From Bellilinea caldifistulae (lineage in GTDB: Bacteria; Chloroflexota; Anaerolineae; Anaerolineales; Anaerolineaceae), in the NCBI RefSeq assembly GCF_001306055.1, contig NZ_LGHJ01000019.1, positions 150,001 through 182,000 on the forward strand: 32,000 bases of DNA, written 5' to 3'. The notes beneath the pieces were generated by a model, which was given only the letters and a program-made list of their open reading frames with translations, made no database searches and was not told the DNA's origin. Positions 16,832 through 24,546 of this stretch are shown here, one piece after another (within the stretch, counting starts at the first letter, position 1; each line of letters opens with the position of its first letter). The position numbers and the translations under genes were made by a program.

Positions 16832-17392
16832 ATGATTGACGTCAACGATCTTCGCAAGGGAGTAACTTTCGAGCTGGACGGAAACCTCTATAAAGTTCTT
16901 GAATACAGCCACCATAAACCCGGGCGTGGTAACGCCACAATTCGAATCAAAGCCCGTAATTTACGTACCGGGGCTACACTGGAAAAAACCTTCACTTCTG
17001 GCGACCGTGTTCCCGAAGCACGTCTTGAATACCACAACGCTCAGTACCTTTATAACGACGGCGAAATTTACTACTTCATGGACACGGAAACCTTTGAGCA
17101 GTACCCCATCCGAGCTGAAATCCTTGGTGATTCGGCTGGTTATCTCAAAGAAGAAATGCCGGTTAAATTGACCTTCTACGGTAGCGAAGCATTGGATGTC
17201 GAACTTCCTACCACAGTGGATTTGAAAGTCACCTACGCGGAAATTGCCGTACGCGGGGATACCGCAACCGGGGTAACCAAAACCGTCACCGTCGAAACTG
17301 GTATACAGGTGCAGGTACCCAACTTTGTGGAAGAAGGTGACATCATCCGTGTAGATACCCGTACAGGCACATACGTAACCCGCGTCCAGTAA
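16832..17392 (+). CDS. efp: Translation elongation factor P
   Basis: Start at ATG 16832 (MIDVNDLRKG.., collinear with the Bacillus EF-P start MISVNDFRTG). The ORF-track start at 16811 is TTG. The loop is HHKPGRGNA with Arg at position 32. Confidence 0.95.
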   Translation: MIDVNDLRKGVTFELDGNLYKVLEYSHHKPGRGNATIRIKARNLRTGATLEKTFTSGDRVPEARLEYHNAQYLYNDGEIYYFMDTETFEQYPIRAEILGDSAGYLKEEMPVKLTFYGSEALDVELPTTVDLKVTYAEIAVRGDTATGVTKTVTVETGIQVQVPNFVEEGDIIRVDTRTGTYVTRVQ

Positions 17393-17411
17393 CATCAAAT
17401 ACTGCTCTATA

Positions 17412-17750
17412 ATGAAGACCCCGGCGGGTTTCGAGTGTAGTTATTTTTATGGGGATTACTACCGAGGACGAAAAAGGGAGGAGTGTCGCCTGATTGGTAA
17501 TGCTCCTCCTCCCCATCATTGGACGGCCGATTTGTGCAAAACCTGTCCGGTTCCAAGTATCCAACGGGCCAATGCCTGTCCATTTATGGTGCTGGATGCC
17601 AGAGTTACACGTGGATTTTTGGGCATTAACCGGAAAGTCGTCATCAGCGCTTACTGCAATAAGACCTATCAAGTCGTTTCTGAACCGCATGTAGGATGCG
17701 GTCAGTGCCACCCACTTCCACCGCCTTTCAACGAACCAAAATCCTCATGA
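17412..17750 (+). CDS. Small Cys-rich protein (8 Cys, two CxxC pairs), unknown function
   Basis: 112 aa, starting 19 nt after the efp stop. CKTC and CGQC pairs plus four further Cys are present. Its stop overlaps the next ATG (ATGA), which supports that it is translated. Confidence 0.6.
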   Translation: MKTPAGFECSYFYGDYYRGRKREECRLIGNAPPPHHWTADLCKTCPVPSIQRANACPFMVLDARVTRGFLGINRKVVISAYCNKTYQVVSEPHVGCGQCHPLPPPFNEPKSS

Positions 17751-18961
17751 CCCTGACTGTTCTTTTTGATTTAGATGACACTCTGTTGGACAACGATATT
17801 CAGCCGTTCATTCAACGCTATTTTGAAATGCTGGCTGAGGCATTGGCTGCGTCATTCTCACCCGAGCATTTTCAGCGAGCAATGCAACAAGCCGTTTATG
17901 CAATGCTCAATAAACAATTGCCGGCCGGTACGTTAGAAGAAACCTTTGATCGGGTGTTCTACCCCGCCCTGGGTGTATCCAAACCAGAACTCAAAGAACG
18001 CATTGATGATTTCTACCGGACAAAGTTTCCGCTACTGAAAGAATTAACTCGACCCCGAGAAGCAGCCATCCAGCTGGTTGAATGTGCCTTTGAGCGAGGG
18101 TGGCAGGTCGTCATCGCTACCAATCCGCTCTTTCCCCGCACTGCGATTGAACAACGCCTGGAATGGGCTGGTTTGCCGGTTGACCGTTATCCATTTGCGC
18201 TGGTAACGACTTACGAAAACTCGCACTTTTGTAAACCCAATCCCGCCTATTTCGCAGAAATCCTTGCCGTTCTGCGCTGGCCTCATACCCCTTCGGTAAT
18301 GGTCGGCAACAGTATCGAAGATGACATTCTCCCTGCAGAGAGATTGGGCTTGCCTACGTATTACGTTTGCAATGACAACCAGCCGTCAAAAATTGATAAC
18401 CGCCATCCTCTCAGTAAAACTGGCCGATTGGATGAGGTATTGGATTGGTTGGACACAATTGCCCAAATGGAATCTGTGTCGTCTTATGAGAGCAAAGCCG
18501 CCATCCTGGCAACCCTGCAATCCACACCCGCTGCTCTGGACACCTTTTCTTCGACCCTTCCAGATCATCTTTGGAATCAACGACCCGAACCTGAAGAGTG
18601 GTGTTTTACTGAAATCTTATGTCATTTACGCGATGTAGACCGTGAAGTTAATCTGGAACGCATCCAAACCATTTTGACGAAAAATCGGCCCTTCTTGCCA
18701 GCCGCTATGACCGATGGTTGGGTTGAACAGCGAAATTGCATCCTCGAAAATGGAAGAAACGCTTTGGAGGGATTTATTTCAGCCCGCAGCGAAATCATCA
18801 GCAAGTTGCTCAATCTGAACGAAAAGGACTGGCACAAACCGGCTCGCCACGCCATTTTTGGCCCAACAACCCTGAAGGAATTGGTCGGTTTTGTGGCAAC
18901 GCATGACCGTATCCACATCAATCAGGCATGGCAAACAATTCAGGCCGTGATGGCGGAGTAG
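17747..18961 (+). CDS. HAD-family hydrolase fused to a DinB-like domain
   Basis: Start chosen at ATG 17747 so that motif I (LFDLDDTLL) lies at residues 6-14. The HAD core has ..VVIATNP.. and ..VGNSIEDDI... The C-terminal 150 aa carry DinB_2-like His positions (..ILCHLRDVDRE.., ..ATHDRIHINQ). Confidence 0.7.
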   Translation: MTLTVLFDLDDTLLDNDIQPFIQRYFEMLAEALAASFSPEHFQRAMQQAVYAMLNKQLPAGTLEETFDRVFYPALGVSKPELKERIDDFYRTKFPLLKELTRPREAAIQLVECAFERGWQVVIATNPLFPRTAIEQRLEWAGLPVDRYPFALVTTYENSHFCKPNPAYFAEILAVLRWPHTPSVMVGNSIEDDILPAERLGLPTYYVCNDNQPSKIDNRHPLSKTGRLDEVLDWLDTIAQMESVSSYESKAAILATLQSTPAALDTFSSTLPDHLWNQRPEPEEWCFTEILCHLRDVDREVNLERIQTILTKNRPFLPAAMTDGWVEQRNCILENGRNALEGFISARSEIISKLLNLNEKDWHKPARHAIFGPTTLKELVGFVATHDRIHINQAWQTIQAVMAE

Positions 18962-19876
18962 TCATTTACGCTCTTCTTCTACAACCCCCATCGTCTGCGA
19001 TTCCCCGCTCTTTCCGCCCAACTCAACCCGAAAGACATCCAGAATTCGACGGACAATTTCATAAACCACATTTTGTTTAAACCCGCTCACCCAGGCAAAT
19101 ACATAAATGACCAGCGCAGAGCGAATGCTAACGTTTTCCTCTGTTCCTGCTGTGAGGGAGAAGAAACCCGCCTGAAAGACCAGGAAAACAAATGCCCCCA
19201 GGGCGATTCCTAATAATGGGTTGGTAATGTACCACAGCGCATATTGAGGATCAAAGTCCTGTTCGGCTGCAATGTGTTTCCACAACGCGTAAAATGCGCC
19301 TACTACGCCCCCAAAACCGCCCCACAACAACGTATTAATAAACTGAACCAGATTAACCGATGCAAACGGGCTTGCCTGATTGATCAGCGAAGCCTGCGGT
19401 TCGGTATTGATGAGAACGAATATAGCAATTAATGTGATAAAAATAATCAACTCATAAATAAATAAACGCATTCCCACCGTGCGGGAGGATTGCTTAACAC
19501 GCCGAATAAAATCTAAACGGTGTTCAACATCTACAATTAATCGCTCCGATTCTTCGTAATTGTCCTTTCCTTCAAACAACAATTGACGCGATCGTTCGAT
19601 TTTGTCAAATAGCTGACCTGCCAATTCAACTTTGTTGATTTCCTCTTTTATTCTGTCCAGCGCATGACTGGCACGTTCATGGAGAGCCTGAATCCGCTCC
19701 GGGGTAATAAAATCATCCGTTGCCGGGATTTGTTTTTCCTCATCCCCCTCGATAACCGGAAAGACAGCCCGCATCGGCCGGTCAGACGGTTCAGAATATT
19801 CAATTTCCTCTTTATCACTTTCTTCAATCCGTTCGTCAAAGGGTTTCGGTGCGGATGAATCCGGTTGATCAGTCAT
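18962..19876 (-). CDS. Membrane protein with an acidic, coiled-coil-like cytoplasmic N-terminus; unknown function
   Basis: Start at ATG 19876 (MTDQPDSS..) follows a GGAGGTG SD and lies downstream of the promoter at 19916-19944. The longer ORF-track start at 19972 is upstream of that promoter. It has 4-5 C-terminal TM helices. Confidence 0.55.
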   Translation of the reverse strand: MTDQPDSSAPKPFDERIEESDKEEIEYSEPSDRPMRAVFPVIEGDEEKQIPATDDFITPERIQALHERASHALDRIKEEINKVELAGQLFDKIERSRQLLFEGKDNYEESERLIVDVEHRLDFIRRVKQSSRTVGMRLFIYELIIFITLIAIFVLINTEPQASLINQASPFASVNLVQFINTLLWGGFGGVVGAFYALWKHIAAEQDFDPQYALWYITNPLLGIALGAFVFLVFQAGFFSLTAGTEENVSIRSALVIYVFAWVSGFKQNVVYEIVRRILDVFRVELGGKSGESQTMGVVEEERK

Positions 19877-19915
19877 TTGTTCACCTCCACGACCAAAATT
19901 TTTGCCATTACCTCC

Positions 19916-19944
19916 AGTATAGACAGGGATAATCATCCCGTCAA
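19916..19944 (-). promoter_or_regulatory. sigma70-type promoter for the 18962-19876 gene
   Basis: On the minus strand, TTGACG is at 19939-19944 and TATACT at 19916-19921, with a 17-nt spacer. The spacer contains the small palindrome GGGATgattATCCC. Confidence 0.5.
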
Positions 19945-20007
19945 TATAAGAGTTGTATAAAAACCGCCTCAATCCTTATTCATAGACTGGCAGGGGCATG
20001 GATAGAT

Positions 20008-20016
20008 TGGTATAAT
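20008..20016 (+). promoter_or_regulatory. Possible extended -10 promoter (TGGTATAAT) for ftsH
   Basis: TGGTATAAT lies about 60 nt upstream of the GTG start. It is the same 9-mer as upstream of sucC. Confidence 0.35.
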
Positions 20017-20075
20017 TCTTACCAACAATAAAGGCATTTAGCCCTGATGGGTTTCACTTTAATCTGGAGGTTTAT

Positions 20076-21935
20076 GTGAGCTCTCGCAACCAATCCTATG
20101 TTGTCTACCTGCTGCTGTTTGTGGCTATCATCGCCATGGTGATGTATAGCTTTAACCAGCGGAGCACCACCTCCGAAGTTTCCATTAACCAGCTGGCTGA
20201 AGACATCAAAAATCAGCGGGTTACAAAAATTGAAGAGGACGACAACCGTCTGAAGATTACCTACAAAGACCTGAGCGAAGCACTTTCCACGAAGGAACCT
20301 TCCGCAACTTTGGTTGAGCAATTGCTTAACTTAGGGGTAACTCAGGAACAACTGCACCCGGAACGCATCAAAATCATCATCAAACCACCCAGCGCGTGGG
20401 TTGGCGTACTAACCGCATTGGGTTACATCTTACCGTTTCTGATTCTGATCGGTGCTTTCTTCTTCATTTTCCGCCAGGCTCAGGGCAGTAATAACGCTGC
20501 CATGTCCTTCGGAAAATCCCGGGCGCGCATGTTCACCGGCGATCATCCAACCGTGACCTTTGCCGATGTTGCAGGCGTGGAAGAAGCCAAAGAGGAATTG
20601 AAAGAGGTTGTCGAATTTCTCCGCGAGCCCCAAAAATTCATCCAGTTGGGGGCGCGCATCCCGAAAGGCGTGCTTCTGGTTGGTCCGCCTGGAACGGGTA
20701 AGACCCTGTTGGCGAAGGCTGTCTCCGGTGAAGCCGGGGTGCCGTTCTTTTCCATTTCCGGGTCTGAGTTTGTGGAAATGTTCGTGGGCGTTGGTGCCAG
20801 CCGCGTGCGCGACCTCTTCGATCAGGCCAAGCGTCACTCCCCATGTATCGTATTCGTGGATGAAATTGACGCGGTAGGGCGTCAACGTGGAGCCGGGTTG
20901 GGGGGTAGCCATGATGAACGTGAGCAAACCCTCAATCAGATGCTGGTTGAAATGGATGGGTTTGATACCGATACCAACATCATCATCATGGCCGCGACCA
21001 ACCGCCCCGATATTCTTGACCCGGCCTTACTGCGTCCCGGCCGCTTCGACCGGCGAGTTGTGCTGGACCGTCCGGACGTCCGTGGACGGGAAGCCATCCT
21101 CAAAGTGCATGTCAAGGGCAAGCCACTCGAACCGAACGTGGATCTCAGCGTGCTCGCCCGCGCTACCCCCGGTTTTGTGGGCGCAGATCTGGAAAATCTG
21201 GTGAACGAAGCCGCCATCCTCGCTGCCCGTCGCAATAAAAAGAGCATCTCTCAGGCGGAATTTGAAGAAGCCATCGAACGCGTCATTGCAGGACCGGAAC
21301 GCAAGAGTCGTCTGATCAGCGATGAGGAAAAACGCATCATTGCCTATCACGAAGCAGGCCACGCCGTAGTGATGAACGCTCTGCCGGATCATGACCCTGT
21401 CCAAAAAGTCACCATTATTGCTCGCGGGATGGCCGGCGGCTACACCATTGCTCTGCCCACCGAGGACCGTACCATCATCCCCCGCAAGAAGTTGATCGCC
21501 CAAATGGTCGGTTTGCTGGGCGGGCGTGCTGCCGAGGAAATTGTCTTTGACGATATTACCTCTGGCGCCGGCAACGACATCGAGCGAGTTACCCAAATTG
21601 CCCGCACGATGGTCACCCGTCTGGGCATGAGCCGCGAAATGGGGCCGATGGTGTATGGGCAAAAAGAAGAATTAATCTTTCTGGGTCGGGAAATCTCCGA
21701 ACAGCGCGATTATTCCGAAGCGGTGGCTGAACAGATTGATGCCGAAGTTCGCCGTCTGGTCAATGAAGCCTATCAACAAGCCCGCCAGATCCTCATTGAA
21801 TATCGCGACAAACTGGATGCGGTTGCCCAGCGCTTGCTGGAAGTGGAAACCATCTCCCGCGAGGAATTTGAGCGAATCTTCCCGCCCCCCGTTCCCAAGC
21901 GAAGCGGAGTACCCGCGATGGCAGCCAATAACTGA
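20076..21935 (+). CDS. ftsH: ATP-dependent zinc metalloprotease FtsH
   Basis: GTG start 7 nt after GGAGG. It has two N-terminal TM helices, Walker [14 protein letters not shown], the SRH motif, and the zinc site HEAGHA. Confidence 0.97.
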   Translation: MSSRNQSYVVYLLLFVAIIAMVMYSFNQRSTTSEVSINQLAEDIKNQRVTKIEEDDNRLKITYKDLSEALSTKEPSATLVEQLLNLGVTQEQLHPERIKIIIKPPSAWVGVLTALGYILPFLILIGAFFFIFRQAQGSNNAAMSFGKSRARMFTGDHPTVTFADVAGVEEAKEELKEVVEFLREPQKFIQLGARIPKGVLLVGPPGTGKTLLAKAVSGEAGVPFFSISGSEFVEMFVGVGASRVRDLFDQAKRHSPCIVFVDEIDAVGRQRGAGLGGSHDEREQTLNQMLVEMDGFDTDTNIIIMAATNRPDILDPALLRPGRFDRRVVLDRPDVRGREAILKVHVKGKPLEPNVDLSVLARATPGFVGADLENLVNEAAILAARRNKKSISQAEFEEAIERVIAGPERKSRLISDEEKRIIAYHEAGHAVVMNALPDHDPVQKVTIIARGMAGGYTIALPTEDRTIIPRKKLIAQMVGLLGGRAAEEIVFDDITSGAGNDIERVTQIARTMVTRLGMSREMGPMVYGQKEELIFLGREISEQRDYSEAVAEQIDAEVRRLVNEAYQQARQILIEYRDKLDAVAQRLLEVETISREEFERIFPPPVPKRSGVPAMAANN

Positions 21936-21941
21936 CCCATC

Positions 21942-22880
21942 TCAAGCCTCTTTCAACCACCCGTGAATCAAATCGGCAATTTCGCGGGTGGTTTTTTCAT
22001 TCATATCAAACCAGTGAATTTGCGGGTCGTGTTCTTTGAACCAGTTTGCCTGTCGGCGCACAAACTGCCGGGTATTTTTCTTGATTAAACCAATCGCCTC
22101 ATCCAGCGTGATCTTGCCCTGAAGGTATGCCGCAATCTCTCGATATCCAATAGTTGAAAACACCGGCGAGGTGGCATCCAGACCTCGTTCGAGTAGATTT
22201 TTGACTTCATCTACCAAACCAGCTTTCAGCATCTGATCAATCCGCTGGTCAATTCGTTGATACAACGCCTGACGCGGTCTCTTTAGGCCAATTTTCAATA
22301 CCCGATAAGGAGACTCCCCTTTTAGGCGCTGTTCCGAAAACCGCTTACCGGTTTTCAGGATAACCTCCAAGGCACGGATCGTGCGGCGGAGATTGCGGGG
22401 ATCAATGTTTTTGGCAGCCTGCGGGTCTAAAATTGCCAGTTTATGATAAATGGCATCGTTCCCGATGATTTGCGCCCAACCTTCCAACACCTCCCTTAAC
22501 TTTGTGTCCGGTTGTTGAGGCGGCACAGACCAATCTTCGATCAGGGCTGTAATATACTGACCCGTCCCCCCAACCAGAAATGGCAACCTGTTGCGGGCAT
22601 GAATTCCAGCAATCGCCCGTTTTGCAGCGTTCTTGAACACACCCAGACTCCACACTTCGGTCGGATCCGCAACATCAATCAAATGATGCGGCACGCGCTG
22701 GCGTTCTTCCAGCGTAGGTTTGGCCGTGCCAATGTCCATTCCCCGGTAAAAGAGCCGCGAATCTCCCGAAACAATCTCCCCATCAAATTGTTCAGCTAAT
22801 TGAATGGCTGTTTCTGTCTTTCCAACCGCGGTTGGCCCCACAATAACGATCAAACGATTGGAAGGTTCAATTGGTGACAT
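21942..22880 (-). CDS. miaA: tRNA dimethylallyltransferase
   Basis: P-loop VGPTAVGKT 12 residues after the chosen ATG at 22880. The alternative start at 22934 would overlap yraN by 68 nt. The family pattern is typical throughout. Confidence 0.9.
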   Translation of the reverse strand: MSPIEPSNRLIVIVGPTAVGKTETAIQLAEQFDGEIVSGDSRLFYRGMDIGTAKPTLEERQRVPHHLIDVADPTEVWSLGVFKNAAKRAIAGIHARNRLPFLVGGTGQYITALIEDWSVPPQQPDTKLREVLEGWAQIIGNDAIYHKLAILDPQAAKNIDPRNLRRTIRALEVILKTGKRFSEQRLKGESPYRVLKIGLKRPRQALYQRIDQRIDQMLKAGLVDEVKNLLERGLDATSPVFSTIGYREIAAYLQGKITLDEAIGLIKKNTRQFVRRQANWFKEHDPQIHWFDMNEKTTREIADLIHGWLKEA

Positions 22881-23232
22881 TTTCAAACCACTCAATTTCC
22901 GGGTCTTTCTGCCCCAACCTTCCACGAATGGCAATCAGGTCAATCCGCCAATCCCCCACGAAATTGGGCTGTTGTTGGATAAAATACAAAGCAGCACCGA
23001 TCAAATGCTCGACTTTTCTGGCATCCACGGCTTCCTCCGGATTCCCAAAATCATCCGTGCTTCGCGTCTTAACCTCAAAGAACACCATAGTCTGTCCTTG
23101 TTGGGCTATCAAATCAATTTCCCCGTAGGGAGTGCGAACATTTTGAGCAATCAGGGTATAGCCTGCGGCGCTGATGAGGTTGGCAGCCACAGACTCACCC
23201 CACGCTCCAATTTGTTGACGATAAGTTTTCAC
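22867..23232 (-). CDS. yraN: YraN family (UPF0102) endonuclease-like protein
   Basis: 121 aa. ..GEIDLIAQQG..MVFFEVKTR.. is the YraN/PD-(D/E)xK signature. Confidence 0.8.
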   Translation of the reverse strand: MKTYRQQIGAWGESVAANLISAAGYTLIAQNVRTPYGEIDLIAQQGQTMVFFEVKTRSTDDFGNPEEAVDARKVEHLIGAALYFIQQQPNFVGDWRIDLIAIRGRLGQKDPEIEWFENVTN

Positions 23233-23373
23233 GCATTCCTCAGCGATTCTTCCGGTGCTTTTTCCTGCCGAATTGTTCTCAGCACCTTATCCGGTTTTGC
23301 CAGAAGGCGGTTTTGTGCTAAACTTTGAGAAAGGTTTAATCACTCTCTTTATTTTAACCAAAAAACCAATCCT

Positions 23374-24546
23374 ATGCCTGCTGCTGAAATCATTGCCATC
23401 GGAACCGAATTGCTGTTGGGAGAATCGTTCGATACCAACACGGCTTTCATTGCCCGAACCCTGCGCGATTATGGGGTGGATATTTACCGAACCATGATCG
23501 TCGGCGATAACGCCGGGCGGATTGCCGATGCCATACGCGAATCACTCTCCCGCGCCCAGATTGTGATAACAACCGGAGGTTTAGGCCCCACTATTGATGA
23601 TCCCACTCGCGAAGCAGTTGCCATGGCCACTCACAGCGAACTGGTCTTTCACCCGGAATTGTGGGATCAAATTCAAGAGCGCTTTCGTCGTTACAACCGC
23701 CTGCCGACCGAGAATAACCGTCGGCAGGCTTTTCTACCCAGGGGGGCGGTTGCCATTCCCAATCCGGTAGGAACGGCACCGGCGTTTTATTATCCCCTTG
23801 AGGAAAAAGTGATCGTTTGCCTGCCGGGTGTTCCCAGCGAGATGGAGACCATTCTCTTGCAGTCAGTAATTCCTCTTCTTCGCTCAAAGTTTGATTTGCG
23901 CGAAGTTATTCGTGCTTATGTACTCCACGCCGCTGGAGTAGGCGAATCGCAGGTAGATGAATGGATTGCCGACTTAGAAAAGCAATCCAATCCAACTGTG
24001 GGGCTGCTTGCTCATCCGGGGCAGGTGGATATTCGAATTACTGCCAAAGCCGCCTCCATCGAGGAGGCCGATCAGATGATTCAAGAAACCGTCCGTCAAA
24101 TCTACGAACGAATGGGATTTGCCATTTTTGGGGTCAATCAACAAAAATTAGAACAGGTCGTTGCCGAAAAACTCCGCGATTTAAACTGGGATATATTCAT
24201 TTCCGTTGCCGGTTTCCCGGAAGAGTTAAGAAAACGGCTCGAAACGGTTGTAACCAACCCTCAAAACCTGTTCTTCTTACCGTACACCGACTTGCATACT
24301 CTTGTGGAAAATTACCGCCAAAACCCGGCTTTCCGGCAAAGTTCGATCGCCTTGCTGGCCAGCCTCCAGCGTGGGGAACATCAACAGCAATTAACGATTT
24401 TTCTGCGGACGCCACAGGATGTGGATGAGATAAGCCGCTCATATGGAGGGCCGCCCTCGCTGGCCGGAATGTGGGCACTGCGCACCATGCTTGAATTTGT
24501 TCGCCGTCGTCTACCTTCAAACTTATCTGGAGAAAATCATTTATGA
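23374..24546 (+). CDS. CinA-like protein with an intact MoCF-type N-terminal domain and a divergent C-terminal domain
   Basis: The N-terminus AEIIAIGTELLLG...TNTAFIA..L...G.. and ITTGGLGPTIDDPTREAVA are classic CinA. The C-terminal part lacks the usual PncC motifs. Confidence 0.75.
   Translation: MPAAEIIAIGTELLLGESFDTNTAFIARTLRDYGVDIYRTMIVGDNAGRIADAIRESLSRAQIVITTGGLGPTIDDPTREAVAMATHSELVFHPELWDQIQERFRRYNRLPTENNRRQAFLPRGAVAIPNPVGTAPAFYYPLEEKVIVCLPGVPSEMETILLQSVIPLLRSKFDLREVIRAYVLHAAGVGESQVDEWIADLEKQSNPTVGLLAHPGQVDIRITAKAASIEEADQMIQETVRQIYERMGFAIFGVNQQKLEQVVAEKLRDLNWDIFISVAGFPEELRKRLETVVTNPQNLFFLPYTDLHTLVENYRQNPAFRQSSIALLASLQRGEHQQQLTIFLRTPQDVDEISRSYGGPPSLAGMWALRTMLEFVRRRLPSNLSGENHL

Noticed and set aside
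21027-21662. A 211-aa minus-strand ORF (and other 60-165 aa ORFs) lies inside ftsH.
   Set aside because: They fall within the most conserved part of FtsH on the opposite strand. Such shadow ORFs are typical of GC-rich third-position coding regions.
22881-22934. A longer MiaA start at 22934 (MPFVEGWGRKTRKLSGLK..) is possible.
   Set aside because: It would overlap yraN by 68 nt and add a basic extension that is not typical of MiaA. ATG 22880 places the P-loop at the usual distance, but this is not proven.
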